Part shown: piece after piece, positions 50,100 through 60,517 of the stretch
How positions within the stretch are numbered: position 1 is the first letter of the stretch
Layout: the number at the start of each line of letters is the position of its first letter
Assembly: GCA_963832225.1 (NCBI GenBank)
Contig: CAWHTI010000013.1
Span: forward strand, 122,315-186,314
DNA length: 64,000 nt
DNA from: an uncultured Actinomycetes bacterium
Lineage (GTDB): Bacteria; Actinomycetota; UBA4738; HRBIN12
Reading direction: 5' to 3'
Program-made: the position numbers and the translations under genes
The notes under the pieces: model-generated
What the model saw: only the letters and a program-made list of their open reading frames with translations
What the model was told of the DNA's origin: nothing
Database searches by the model: none

Positions 50100-51455
50100 A
50101 TGCGCACGGAGGGCGAGAGCCCGATCCCGGCCGACGATCCGATCGGTGGTGAGCCGCACGATCGCGGGGCGGTCCCGGCCGCCGGGCTCCCGGCCGCCGG
50201 CGGTGGGCTCGCGCTCGGCGGCGAGCTTCCCGCCGGGACGCGGTTCATCGGTCCCGAGGCGGGATGGACCCCGGCGTGGCAGCCCGGTCGGGAACATCCG
50301 ACGAGCGAGGACCTCGCGTCGTGCGTCGCGTGCGGCCTGTGCCTGCCGCACTGTCCCACGTACCGCCTGACGGGTGAGGAGTCGGCATCGCCACGCGGAC
50401 GGATCGCCGCGATGCGTGAGGTCGCCGACGGCCGCGGCGTCGTGGACGACACGTTCGCGTCGTTCATGGATCTGTGCCTGTCCTGCCGGGCGTGCGAGGA
50501 CGTCTGCCCCTCGCACGTGCCGTTCGGCAGGATGATGGAGGCCGCGCGCGAGCAGGTGGAGCCGCTGCGCACCCGGCGGGAGCGCTTCCTGCGATGGCTC
50601 GGCCTCGAGGTCGCCCTTCCCCGGCCGAAGCTGCTGTGGCTCGCGGCCGCCGTGCAGCCGATCGCGCGACCCCTCCTCCCGCGGCGGGTGCGCCAGATGG
50701 TGCCCGAGCGCTCGGCGCTGTTCCGGCGCCTGCCGGCCGAGACGCCGGCGGTGGGCGAGGAGCGCGGCACGGTCGCGGTGCTCTCCGGGTGCGTGCAGGA
50801 TCGCTGGTTCCGGGAGGTGAACCTCGCCACGATCCGCGTGCTGTCGCGCAACGGCTGGCGCGTCACGGTCCCGCGGTCGCAGCGCTGCTGCGGCGCGCTG
50901 TCCGCGCACAACGGCCGCCTCGCGACGGCCCACGCGCTCGCACGGAGGAACGCACGGGCGTTCGCCGGCGTGGACGCGGTCATCGTGAACGCGGCCGGCT
51001 GCGGCGCCCACATGGCCGATGCGTCGGGTGCGGACGCGCTTCCGATCCGCGACCTGATGGCGTTCCTCGCCCAGGAGGGCCTGCGTGAGGATCCCGGCCC
51101 GCTTCCCGCCACACGCGTTGCGTACCACGACGCGTGTCACGCGCTCCGCGTCCTGAAGGTGCACAGCGAGCCGCGCGAGCTGCTGCGCCGGATCCCCGGC
51201 CTCGAGGTCGTGGACATCGCCGACGGCGACCGGTGCTGTGGCGCGGCCGGCCTCTACAACGTCACGCAGCCGGAGATGTCCGGCGAGCTGCGCCGCCAGA
51301 AATCCGAGGCCGTCGCCGCGACCGGCGCCACGATCGTCGCGAGCGCGAACCCCGGGTGCACGATGCAGCTCGTCGCCGGCCTGCGCGATCTCGGGGTGCA
51401 GGCCGAGGTCGTCCACCCCGTGCAACTGCTCGACCGTGCGTACGCGGGAAGATAG
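50100..51455 (+). CDS. glcF: Fe-S/CCG-domain protein, GlcF-like
   Basis: CVACGLCLPHCPT, CLSCRACEDVCPS, CCGA twice, YHDACH, SANPGC. Confidence 0.88.
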   Translation: MRTEGESPIPADDPIGGEPHDRGAVPAAGLPAAGGGLALGGELPAGTRFIGPEAGWTPAWQPGREHPTSEDLASCVACGLCLPHCPTYRLTGEESASPRGRIAAMREVADGRGVVDDTFASFMDLCLSCRACEDVCPSHVPFGRMMEAAREQVEPLRTRRERFLRWLGLEVALPRPKLLWLAAAVQPIARPLLPRRVRQMVPERSALFRRLPAETPAVGEERGTVAVLSGCVQDRWFREVNLATIRVLSRNGWRVTVPRSQRCCGALSAHNGRLATAHALARRNARAFAGVDAVIVNAAGCGAHMADASGADALPIRDLMAFLAQEGLREDPGPLPATRVAYHDACHALRVLKVHSEPRELLRRIPGLEVVDIADGDRCCGAAGLYNVTQPEMSGELRRQKSEAVAATGATIVASANPGCTMQLVAGLRDLGVQAEVVHPVQLLDRAYAGR

Positions 51456-51540
51456 ATCCCGCGGTCGAGCTGACGAGGCCGGCGACGAGCACGGAAGGTG
51501 CCGCGCGCCGCGTCGCTCCGCCGCCCCGCGCCGCCTCACC

Positions 51541-52838
51541 TCACGGCGGTCCGCGATCCGCCAGTACCGATCCGTCCGAGCGTCGGAAGACGAAGGCGCC
51601 GTCCTCGATCGTCAGCCCGAACCCACCGGGACGGTGCACCAGGCCGTGATGGCGCCGGCAGAGCAGCAGGAGGTTGCCCAGGGCCGTGCGGCCACCGGTG
51701 GCCCAGTGGTCGACGTGGTGACACTCACACCACGCCGGGGGCCGATCACACCCCGGGAACCGGCAGTGGCGGTCTCTGAGGATCACCGCCCGGCGGATCG
51801 CCGGGGGCACCACCGGGGTGCGCCGGCCCACGTCCAGGGGCTCGGAGCGGGGACCCAGCACCACCCGCATCACCGAGGCGTCGCAGGCGAGCTGTCGGAC
51901 CAGCTCCGGCGCGGACCGGACCCGGCGTGGTCGAGCTCGGCCGTCCCGAAGGGGTCGGTTCCCGCTCCGTGACCAACTCCCGCTCCGGCTCCCGCTCCGG
52001 CTCCCGCTCCGGTTCCGCCACCGGCACCGGGTCCGAGCCCGGCCAGGGGAGTGCCGGCGAGCACCTCGACCGGCACCGTCACCGTGAGGTGGGGCCGCTC
52101 TCCGGCCACCACCGGGGTCGGTCACCCCGGTCCAGGAACCCCCGGCAGACCTCCCCCAGGGCGTCGGCCCGGCGCTGGGCGGGGGTGCGCTCGTCGGTGA
52201 CCTCGCCCGCACCCGGGGCCCGGACCTCGGCGTCGAGCACGGCTCCCAGGGCCGTGAGCAGGCTCTCCCCGGTGAGGGGATCCAGATCCCCGTCCACCCG
52301 CACCATCCCGCCGAGCGTCACCGAGGCGTGCAGGCGCCGGCGTGCCGAGCGGGGATCCACCCCCTGGTCCTGCTCGGCCTCCACCCGGTCCTGCCAGCAG
52401 GCCACCACCCGGCCGCAGCTCACCCACCGGGTGGATCCGGGCGGCCTCGACCAGCAGGGGCTCGGCCTCGGCGAAGGACTCCGGGTGGATCGCGCGAGCC
52501 TCAACCAGCATCCGCACCGCTGCGAGAGAGATCTCCCCGTCCTGCAGTGCCGCACGGGTGCGGGGCATCTGCTCGAGCGCCCGGGCCACCCGTACGGAAG
52601 TCCGAGCGGCGCCCCAGGTCATCCGGTGGGTGGCGGCGAGCCAGCTCGCCGTCGACAGGTGACCGTCGTGGGCGTAGAGGCCTCGCCGGTCGATCTCGGC
52701 CAGTCGGCGCAGGCGTTCGGCCTCCAGGAGCTCGCCCGCACGCTGCAGCTCGGCGAGGTCGGCCTCGATCCGGGCATCCGCCAGCTCGGGCAGCGCCTCG
52801 GCCCGCAGGGCATCGATCGCTGACAGCAGCTCGCTCAC
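51541..52838 (-). CDS. DUF222-HNH endonuclease (13E12-type), frameshifted
   Basis: LAEIDRR, QRRADAL, LACDA, LDVGR, RDRHCRFPGC, CECHHV.HW, LLCRRHH across three frames. Confidence 0.85.
51977..52012. repeat. 12-bp tandem repeat CTCCCGCTCCGG x3 inside the HNH gene (Gly-Ala linker)
   Basis: Read directly from the sequence. Confidence 0.8.
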
Positions 52839-52972
52839 GCCGACCTCAGCTCGAACATGTGCGTCATCCTGCCCCACCCCGACCCGCTCGGGCTGTGACG
52901 CACCGCACACTCGGACCGAGTTCGTTGGAAAGATCTCGCGAGGCGCATCCGCGCGGCGGGCGAACCACGGCG

Positions 52973-53075
52973 GATCGGGACACCTGGTCCGATCGGGACA
53001 CCACGGCCGATCGGGACACTCGGGCCGATCGGGATACCCAGGCCCATCGGGACCCCCGGCAGATCGGGATCCCCC
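52973..53075. repeat. Six degenerate 18-bp tandem repeats GATCGGGAYACCnnGGCC, intergenic
   Basis: Units start at 52973, 52991, 53009, 53027, 53045, 53062. Confidence 0.85.
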
Positions 53076-53134
53076 GCCCCAACCCTCCCTCCGCGATTGC
53101 CCCTCGGAGCGGACCGCGGGCTACCCTCCCACCC

Positions 53135-55699
53135 ATGACCGAGATGCCGGCACCGCTTCGCCGTGACGTCCGGCTGCTCTCCACGCTGCTCGGACGCGTG
53201 CTGGAGGAGGCCGAGGGACCGGACCTGCTCCGGGACGTGGAACGGCTGCGGCGCGCCGCGATCTCCCTGCGGCGGGAACCCTCCGACGCGCGACGCGGGG
53301 AGGCCGAGCGCATCGTCGCGGAACTCCCACGCCTGCGGGCCGCCCAGGTCGCCCGCGCGTTCACCGCCTACTTCCAGCTCGTGAACCTCGCCGAGGAGCA
53401 CCAGCGCGTCCGCACGCTCCGCGAGCGCGGGCGCTCGGCCGGCGAGACGATCGCCGACGCCGTCTCCTCGATCCGGGCGCGCGACGGTGACGCCGCGCTC
53501 GACGATCTGCTCACCCGCCTGGAGCTCTCGCCGGTGATCACCGCCCACCCCACCGAGGCCAGACGCCGCTCCGTGGTCGAGAACCTGTGGCGGATCGGCG
53601 CCCTGCTCGAGGAGCTCGATGCGGCCCGAGGGCGTCCCGACGAGGCCGACGACCTCGAACGCCGCATGACCGAGGAGGTCGCCGCGCTCTGGCGGACCGA
53701 TCCGCTCCGACGCCAGACGCCAGAGCCGCTCGACGAGGTTCGCGCCGCGATGGCCCTGTTCGACCAGACGATCTTCCGCGTCCTGCCCCAGATCTACCGC
53801 GAGCTGGATCACGCCCTCGGCGGGGACGGCACCGCCGCGCCGCGAGCCCCCGCCTTCCTGCGGTGGGGCTCGTGGATCGGCGGCGACCGCGACGGCAACC
53901 CGAGCGTGACCGCCGACGTGACCCGCGCCGCCGCGGCCGTGCAGTCCGAGCACGTCCTGCTCGGCCTCGAGGCCGCGGCACGCCGGATCGCCCGCGCGAT
54001 CAGCGCCTCCCACCTGGACACGCCGCCCTCACCGGAGCTCCTGGCCGCGCTCGACCGGGACACGGTCGACTTCCCTCGCGCCTCGGCCGAGCTCGCGCGC
54101 AAGCTTCCCGACGCGCCGCACCGACGCAAGCTCGGCCTCGCGGCGCACCGCCTGGCGGCCACCCGCACCGGCGACGCGGGCCGGTACGACGGCGCCGACG
54201 CGTTCGTGGACGACCTGCGGATCGTGCAGCACTCGCTCGTGGCGGCCGGCGCCGCGCGCCTGGCCTTCGGCGAGCTGCAGCACCTGCGCTGGCAGGCCGA
54301 GACGTTCGGCTTCCACCTCGTGTCGCTCGAGGTCCGCCAGCACTCCTCGGTCCACGCCGAAGCGTTGGCGGCGATCGGCGAGGGCCGCGTCGCCGACGCC
54401 GACGCCGCACTCGAGACGTTCCGCGCGATCGCGGACGTGCAGCGCCGCCTGGGCCGCGACGCCTGCCGCCGCTACGTGGTCAGCTTCACGAGATCCGCCG
54501 AGGACGTCCTGGCCGTGCGCGAGCTGGCGCGGCACGCCGGCCTGGACCCGGACGCGATCGACGTCGTGCCGCTCTTCGAGTCACGCGCCGACCTGGACGC
54601 CGCGCCGAAGATCCTGGACGAGCTGCTCGCGGACCCGGGGTTCGCCGCCCATGTGGACGCCGCCGGCCGGCGCCTCGAGGTCATGCTCGGCTACTCCGAC
54701 TCCACGAAGGACGTCGGGATGCTGGCGGCGAACCTCGCGCTGCACCGCGCCCAGGCCGACCTCGCCGAGTGGGCTCGCGACCGAGGGATCACGCTCACGC
54801 TGTTCCACGGGCGCGGCGGCGCGCTCGGCCGAGGCGGCGGGCCGGCGAACCGCGCGATCCTCGGACAGGCGCCGGGCTCGGTCGACGGGCGCTTCAAGGT
54901 CACCGAACAGGGCGAGGTGGCCTTCGCCCGCTACGGCAACGCACGGATCGCCCGGCGTCACCTCGAGCAGCTGACGAACGCGGTGCTGCTGGCCTCGACG
55001 CCGGACCACGAGCGGCGCGCGGCCGACGCGTGGGAGCGGTTCGGCCCGACCGCCGAGCGGATGGCGGCTGCGTCCGAACGCGCCTGGCGCGGCCTGGTCG
55101 AACGATCGGGCTTCGCGGCCTTCTTCCGGCAGGCCACGCCGATCGAGGAGATCGGCGCCCTGCAGCTCGGATCCAGACCCGCGCGGCGAAGCGCGGACGC
55201 CGATTCGATCGAGGACCTCCGCGCGATCCCGTGGGTCTTCGCGTGGAGCCAGGCCCGCGTGAACCTGCCGGGGTGGTTCGGATTGGGCACCGGGCTGGCC
55301 GAGGCCGATCCGGACGAGCTGCGCGCGATGCACGACGGGTGGCCGTTCTTCGCGTCGCTGATCGAGAACGCGGAGCTGTCGCTCGCGAAGGCCGATCTGC
55401 CGATCGCCGAGCGCTACCTCGCCCTCGGTGGCGGCGAGGCGATCGCCGCCGCGATCGCCGACGAGTTCCGCCGCACGGTCCAGGGCGTGCTCGCCATCAC
55501 CGGGCACGAGCGACCGCTGGACGGCCGGCCGGTGCTGCGCCGCGCGATCGATCTGCGCAACCCCTACGTGGACGCGCTGTCCCTGATCCAGCTCCGCTTC
55601 CTGGCGGAGCTCCGCGAGCGGGGCCGCACGCCCGGCGCGGAGTCGATCGTGCAGGTGACGGTGAACGGCGTGGCCGCCGGCCTGCAGAACACCGGCTAG
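53135..55699 (+). CDS. ppc: Phosphoenolpyruvate carboxylase
   Basis: TAHPTE, WIGGDRDGNP, VMLGYSDS, FHGRGG..GRGG, TEQGE, LRAIPW, QNTG. Confidence 0.97.
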   Translation: MTEMPAPLRRDVRLLSTLLGRVLEEAEGPDLLRDVERLRRAAISLRREPSDARRGEAERIVAELPRLRAAQVARAFTAYFQLVNLAEEHQRVRTLRERGRSAGETIADAVSSIRARDGDAALDDLLTRLELSPVITAHPTEARRRSVVENLWRIGALLEELDAARGRPDEADDLERRMTEEVAALWRTDPLRRQTPEPLDEVRAAMALFDQTIFRVLPQIYRELDHALGGDGTAAPRAPAFLRWGSWIGGDRDGNPSVTADVTRAAAAVQSEHVLLGLEAAARRIARAISASHLDTPPSPELLAALDRDTVDFPRASAELARKLPDAPHRRKLGLAAHRLAATRTGDAGRYDGADAFVDDLRIVQHSLVAAGAARLAFGELQHLRWQAETFGFHLVSLEVRQHSSVHAEALAAIGEGRVADADAALETFRAIADVQRRLGRDACRRYVVSFTRSAEDVLAVRELARHAGLDPDAIDVVPLFESRADLDAAPKILDELLADPGFAAHVDAAGRRLEVMLGYSDSTKDVGMLAANLALHRAQADLAEWARDRGITLTLFHGRGGALGRGGGPANRAILGQAPGSVDGRFKVTEQGEVAFARYGNARIARRHLEQLTNAVLLASTPDHERRAADAWERFGPTAERMAAASERAWRGLVERSGFAAFFRQATPIEEIGALQLGSRPARRSADADSIEDLRAIPWVFAWSQARVNLPGWFGLGTGLAEADPDELRAMHDGWPFFASLIENAELSLAKADLPIAERYLALGGGEAIAAAIADEFRRTVQGVLAITGHERPLDGRPVLRRAIDLRNPYVDALSLIQLRFLAELRERGRTPGAESIVQVTVNGVAAGLQNTG

Positions 55700-55703
55700 A
55701 CGC

Positions 55704-57092
55704 CTAGGCCGCGGACAGACGAAAGCGCCTCGCGGCCTCGGCCCACGCGTCGGGGAGCGGCGGCCTCACCCCGAGGTCGCCGGCGAGCAGCGCCTCCAGC
55801 AGACCGCCGGTCGAGGCCGCATCGGCGGCGGCCAGCGCCGCTGCATCCGTTGCCGCGCCGGCCGACATCGAGACCGCCGGCACGCGCCCCACCGGCGCCG
55901 GCTCGCCCGTGTCCGCGCCGGGGAGCACGAGGATCGCGTTCGTGACCGGACGCTCGCTCCCGTCCGAGGGCCGGTTCACGATCCCCTGACCCCGCACCCA
56001 CATCGTCGATCCCCCGCCGCCGTCGAGGTTCACCGCCCAGGTCGCCCCGAGCGACTCCATCTCGCGCGCCAGCCCCACCAGCGTCATCCCCAGGGAGAGA
56101 CCCGGGGCGCGACCGTCCACGGTCACGAGCAGCACCCGTCCGTCGGCGGTGGTGCCGATCGCCGTTCGCGGGTTCCGCTCGCAGAAGTACGTGCCGCAGT
56201 CGTTCTTGGCCACCACGTCGCCGTCCTTCACCAGCAACGGCATGCCGCCCACCATGTCCATCACGCCCGGCCAGCCCGGATCCCACGACAGCCGGACCGT
56301 GTGACCCCGCCGCATCGCGAGGATCGCGTCGGAGCCCGCGCCGGTGCGTTTGGCGCTGATCACCATCCCGCCTCCGAGCGTTACCGGCGCCGACTGGCAC
56401 TTCACCAGGTCGACCGTCCAGTCCTTGTACACGCCGGCCCGGCCCGGGTTCCAGTGGAGCTTGCCGGCCGACAGGAGTCGCGCCGAGCAGGCGTCGGAGG
56501 GCGGACGCTCCAGGGAGCCGCCGCTCGCCGTGAACGCCACGACCTCGCCGTTGCCGGGATCGCCGCTGTTCCACGAGGCGATGTCGAACGAGGTGCCGGC
56601 CGTGACGTCGGTGCCGGTCATCCGCAACCCGGGCGATCCCAGGTAGACGCCGGTCTCGTCCTTCGAGACCGCGAACTCGCCGCCGCTCTGCAGCCCGGAG
56701 CTGCGGAGGAATCCGTCTTCGGCGAAAGGGTGCACCGGGCGGCCCTCGATGGTGAAGTCGCCGTTGATCGCGGCGAGCGCGCGATGGTTGGCGCCGATCG
56801 TGCTCGGACGAGCGTAGGAGCCGAAGGAGCCACCGGCCGTGGCGAGGTCGATGCTCACCGCCTTGGCCGGGTCCACGGTGAGCACCCGGATCTGCATCGG
56901 CTCGCTGGTGCTGATACGGGTCAGCGTCAGGCCTGGGGCGAGGTTCTGCGTCGTGGAGGTGCGCCCGGACACGGGCGGGGCGGGCGAGGCGGGCGAGGCC
57001 GCGGCGGGCGAGACACCGGGCGCGGCCAGTCCCGCCACGACCGACACGGCGGCGATCGCCACTGCGCCTCCCCGTATCGACCGTCCCCTCAT
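55704..57092 (-). CDS. Secreted phosphodiester glycosidase (NAGPA) family protein
   Basis: Signal peptide, AINGDF, NPRTAIG, VDGR, NLDGGGGST, NRPSDG.ER. Confidence 0.88.
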   Translation of the reverse strand: MRGRSIRGGAVAIAAVSVVAGLAAPGVSPAAASPASPAPPVSGRTSTTQNLAPGLTLTRISTSEPMQIRVLTVDPAKAVSIDLATAGGSFGSYARPSTIGANHRALAAINGDFTIEGRPVHPFAEDGFLRSSGLQSGGEFAVSKDETGVYLGSPGLRMTGTDVTAGTSFDIASWNSGDPGNGEVVAFTASGGSLERPPSDACSARLLSAGKLHWNPGRAGVYKDWTVDLVKCQSAPVTLGGGMVISAKRTGAGSDAILAMRRGHTVRLSWDPGWPGVMDMVGGMPLLVKDGDVVAKNDCGTYFCERNPRTAIGTTADGRVLLVTVDGRAPGLSLGMTLVGLAREMESLGATWAVNLDGGGGSTMWVRGQGIVNRPSDGSERPVTNAILVLPGADTGEPAPVGRVPAVSMSAGAATDAAALAAADAASTGGLLEALLAGDLGVRPPLPDAWAEAARRFRLSAA

Positions 57093-57220
57093 GTTCCTAG
57101 GTGTCGGCCGAACGGGGGTCGAACCTTGACCGGTCCGATGCAGTTCGGGGGTGGTTGCGCGAGCCCCGAGGCGTCCTTACGGTGGCCGAGGATCTCGCCG
57201 GGCGGGCGGAGGGAGCGTCG

Positions 57221-57886
57221 ATGCGGTACATGGGAGTGGGGCGGCGGTTCCTCGCCACCCTGGTCGACGTCCTGATCAGCGTCGCCTGGATGTACCCCTT
57301 CCTGACGATCGAGCAGAGCCCGGGCTATCTCCGGATCGAGCTCCCGGCCGGCGGATCGGTCGCCTACGCCATCATCGCGCTCGTGTACTACACCGCCATG
57401 GAGGCGCTGTTCGGCGCCACCGTGGGCAAGCTCGTCACCGGGATCCGGGTGGTACGTCCGGACGGACGGCGGATCGACGGCGTCGCCGCCCTGCTCCGCA
57501 ACATCGTCCGCGTCGTTGATTTCCTGCCGATCGCGTACCTGATCGGAGCGATCGCGGTCTGGACCTCGCCGACGCGTCAGCGGCTCGGCGACCGCCTGGC
57601 GAGGACCGTGGTCGTCGAGGCCTCGTCCGTTGGTGCCCCGACGGGGACCCCGCAGACGGGGTGGGTGCCGCCCGCCCCGGCCTCTCCCGGCCACGGTCCG
57701 CCCCCGCCGATGCCGCCACCGCCCCCGGTGCCCGGCGCCGAGCCGCGTCCCACGCCGGCGCCGCTGCCCACGCCGGGTCCCCTGCCGCCGCCCGACTCCC
57801 CGCCGCCGCCGGCCGACTCCCCGCCGCCGTCCGACACCCAGGATTCGCCCCCGCCGGCCGAACACCGCACGTTCCCGCCCCCGTAG
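57221..57886 (+). CDS. RDD family membrane protein with Pro-rich tail
   Basis: RRFLATLVD, GATVGK..GIRVV, QRLGDRLA. Confidence 0.88.
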   Translation: MRYMGVGRRFLATLVDVLISVAWMYPFLTIEQSPGYLRIELPAGGSVAYAIIALVYYTAMEALFGATVGKLVTGIRVVRPDGRRIDGVAALLRNIVRVVDFLPIAYLIGAIAVWTSPTRQRLGDRLARTVVVEASSVGAPTGTPQTGWVPPAPASPGHGPPPPMPPPPPVPGAEPRPTPAPLPTPGPLPPPDSPPPPADSPPPSDTQDSPPPAEHRTFPPP

Positions 57887-57902
57887 CGGGACGGGACGAC
57901 GC

Positions 57903-58388
57903 TCACCACCGCGTGTCGTCGGCCGCGAGCGCCGCTCGGCCCGTGCACTTGCCGGTCGCCACGGCGTAGGCGGTGTCCTCCCCGATCACCTGCTTGATGA
58001 AGAAGCAGGCATCCGGCCGCGCCTGGACCGCCGCCGCCCACACGTCCGGGGAGGCGTAGACGCTGACGGTGCCCGGGCCGCCGGAGGGCTCGTCGGGACC
58101 TACGTACCGTCGGTCGTCGTCCCCCGCGGCGAGCGAGGCGGCCTCCGCACCGGCGAACGTGCCGGACGACGACTGGATGCGCCGGGCCCGCGCGAGCGCC
58201 GCGTTCAGGTCCGACTCCGTGTGGGCGATCGTGTCCTTCAGCGGCCGGTTCACGAAGATCGCCACGACCATCAGGACGCACACCAGCGCGAGCGAGGTGG
58301 CGACGACCCAGAACCCCCGGTTCGAGTGCGCGGGCTGCTCGTCGCCCTCGAGGCCGTCCGCGTCGGCGCGCGCGTCGTGGTCGATCAC
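57903..58388 (-). CDS. Membrane-anchored hypothetical protein (pilin-like features)
   Basis: RGFWVV + hydrophobic helix; two C-terminal Cys; GC-biased codons. Confidence 0.55.
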   Translation of the reverse strand: MIDHDARADADGLEGDEQPAHSNRGFWVVATSLALVCVLMVVAIFVNRPLKDTIAHTESDLNAALARARRIQSSSGTFAGAEAASLAAGDDDRRYVGPDEPSGGPGTVSVYASPDVWAAAVQARPDACFFIKQVIGEDTAYAVATGKCTGRAALAADDTRW

Positions 58389-58398
58389 GTCGGCCAGC

Positions 58399-59565
58399 CT
58401 ACCCGCCGAGCACGCGTGCGAGTTCCTCGATCCGCTCCAGGTTGTGGCCGGAGAGGAACACGTCCACGCTCGGCAGCGCGGCCGCCATGCCGCGAGCCAA
58501 CGGCTCGTATCGCGGCGACCCCTTGAGCGGGTTCACCCACACCACGCGATGCGCCAGCCGGCGCAGCCGCGTCATCTGCGTCCGCAGCAACTCCGGATCC
58601 CCCCGCTCGAGGCCGTCCGAGCAGAGCACCACGACCGCGCCCCGCAGCGCCGCTCGCTGGCTCCACCCGTCCAGCAGCGCCTTCACGGACTCGCCGATGC
58701 GCGTGCCGCCCTCCCAGTCCCGCACCAGGCGTCCGATCTCGTGGAGCGCGCGATCGGGATCGCGGGTGCGCAGGGTCCTGGTGACGCGCGTGAGGCGCGT
58801 GCCGAACACGAAGACCTCGACGCGACGCCCGGCCGCCATGGCGGCGAACGCGAACTGCAGGAGCGCCCGCGAGTACGGCGCCATCGACCCGCTGACGTCG
58901 AGCAGCAGCACCAGCGGTCGGTGCCGGGTCCCCCGGGCTCGCCACGCGCGCTCGAACGGCTCTCCCTGGGTGCGGAGCGACCGGCGCAGCGTACGTCGGA
59001 CGTCGAACGCGGTACCCTTCGGCGCGGCGCGGGTGCGACGGGTGCGCTCCTGCGGCACCCGCACGGCCAGCCGGCGGATCAACGCCGCCACCCGATCGTG
59101 CTCCTCGTCGCTGAGGTCGGCGAAGGACTTCTCGCGCAGGATCTCGGCGCCGCTCGCCACGATCCGGATCGAGGCCTCGCCCTCGGGCTCGTCGTCGCCG
59201 GCGCCGGACCAGCTCGCCGCCGGACGGCCGGTACCGGAACTCGAGGTCGACGGACGCCGCCCCAGTCCGGTGCGGCGTCCGCCGCGCGGGAGGTCCAGCT
59301 CGATCCGCAGCTCGCCGTCGGGGGCGATCGCGCGGAGCCAGGCGTCGAAGGCGTCGTCGAAGACCTCGATGTCGGCGCGCGTGGCGACCAGTGACGCCCG
59401 GCCGGCCCAGTACACGTCCTCGCGCTCCGCCACGCCCATGGCCGCCACGGCCCGGACGAACGTCAGGATCCGGCCGGTGCCGACGGGGAGCCCACGGGCG
59501 CGGAGCTCGCGGCCGAACGCGACGAGCGGAGCGACCGGGTCCGCCGGGGGGACGACCTCACCCAT
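58399..59565 (-). CDS. VWA domain CoxE-like protein
   Basis: LLDVSGSM, FGTRL, WEGGTRIG, SDG, WVNPL. Confidence 0.9.
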   Translation of the reverse strand: MGEVVPPADPVAPLVAFGRELRARGLPVGTGRILTFVRAVAAMGVAEREDVYWAGRASLVATRADIEVFDDAFDAWLRAIAPDGELRIELDLPRGGRRTGLGRRPSTSSSGTGRPAASWSGAGDDEPEGEASIRIVASGAEILREKSFADLSDEEHDRVAALIRRLAVRVPQERTRRTRAAPKGTAFDVRRTLRRSLRTQGEPFERAWRARGTRHRPLVLLLDVSGSMAPYSRALLQFAFAAMAAGRRVEVFVFGTRLTRVTRTLRTRDPDRALHEIGRLVRDWEGGTRIGESVKALLDGWSQRAALRGAVVVLCSDGLERGDPELLRTQMTRLRRLAHRVVWVNPLKGSPRYEPLARGMAAALPSVDVFLSGHNLERIEELARVLGG

Positions 59566-60443
59566 CGCCGCGCTCGCCGACGACGTCGGCGAGCCGGGCG
59601 GCGACGAGCTCCTGGTCCTCGTGGTCCTTCACGACCGCGCCAAGCGTGTCGGCGGCCACGCCGGCGTCCAGCGCGCTCGGCGCCGAGGAACGCCAGCGCG
59701 TTCGCCCAGTCGATCGTCTCCGCGACACCGGGCCGCTTCGCGAGGTCCATCTCCCGCAGCCTGGCGACCGCGCCGGCCACGTCGCGCGCGAGCGACTCGC
59801 CCACCTTCGGCGCGCGGGCGCGCACGATCTCGATCTCGCGGTCGAGGCCCGGGTGGTCGATCCAGTGGTAGAGGCAGCGGCGCTTCAGTGCGTCGTGCAG
59901 CTCGCGGGTCCGGTTCGACGTCACGATGACGGCCGGCGGCGTCTCGGCCGCCACGCGGCCCACCTCCGGGATCGTCACCGCGAACTCCGAGAGGATCTCC
60001 AGCAGGAAGGCCTCGAACTCGTCGTCGGCGCGATCGAGCTCGTCGACCAGCAGCACGGCGCCCGACCCCTCGCGGATCGCGGCCAGCAGCGGCCGCTCCA
60101 CCAGGAACTCGGGGCCGAACAGGTCCTGGACGTGGGTGGCCGCGTCGGTCGCGTCCATCGCACGCACCGCGACAGCTGCTTCGAGTAGTTCCACTCGTAG
60201 AGCGCCTGGGCGGCGTCGATCCCCTCGTAGCACTGCAGCCGGATCAACCGGCGGTCGAGCAGCTCCGCCAGCACCTTCGCCACCTCCGTCTTGCCGACCC
60301 CCGCCTCGCCCTCGAGCAGCAGCGGCTTGCCGAGCGCCAGCGACAGATGGATCGCGGTCCCGAGTCCCCGGTCCGCGAGGTAGGAGTGCTGCACGAAGCG
60401 CGGCGGTGAGGTCGTCGACCGTGGCGAACGGCGGCGCGGACAT
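59558..60443 (-). CDS. MoxR family AAA ATPase (CoxD-like), frameshifted
   Basis: LLEGEAGVGKT, RLQCYEG, DELDRAD, TSNRTRELHDALKRRC. Confidence 0.9.
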
Positions 60444-60517
60444 GGCCGACATCCTAGACATCGGCCTGGACATCGGCCTGGACATCGGGCGGACGGCTGC
60501 AGGGCTAGGCTGCCCCG

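Noticed and set aside
12224-51539. Long antisense or off-frame ORFs such as 15274-17973, 33673-36555, 40059-42818 and the 5' part of 48405-51539
   Set aside because: Arg/Pro/Gly-rich shadows of real genes in high-GC DNA, with no recognisable motifs
52973-53075. CRISPR-like array
   Set aside because: Units are only 18 bp, variable parts resemble each other, and no cas genes are present
57660-57886. C-rich repeats at the RDD 3' end
   Set aside because: Explained by an ordinary Pro-rich coding tail
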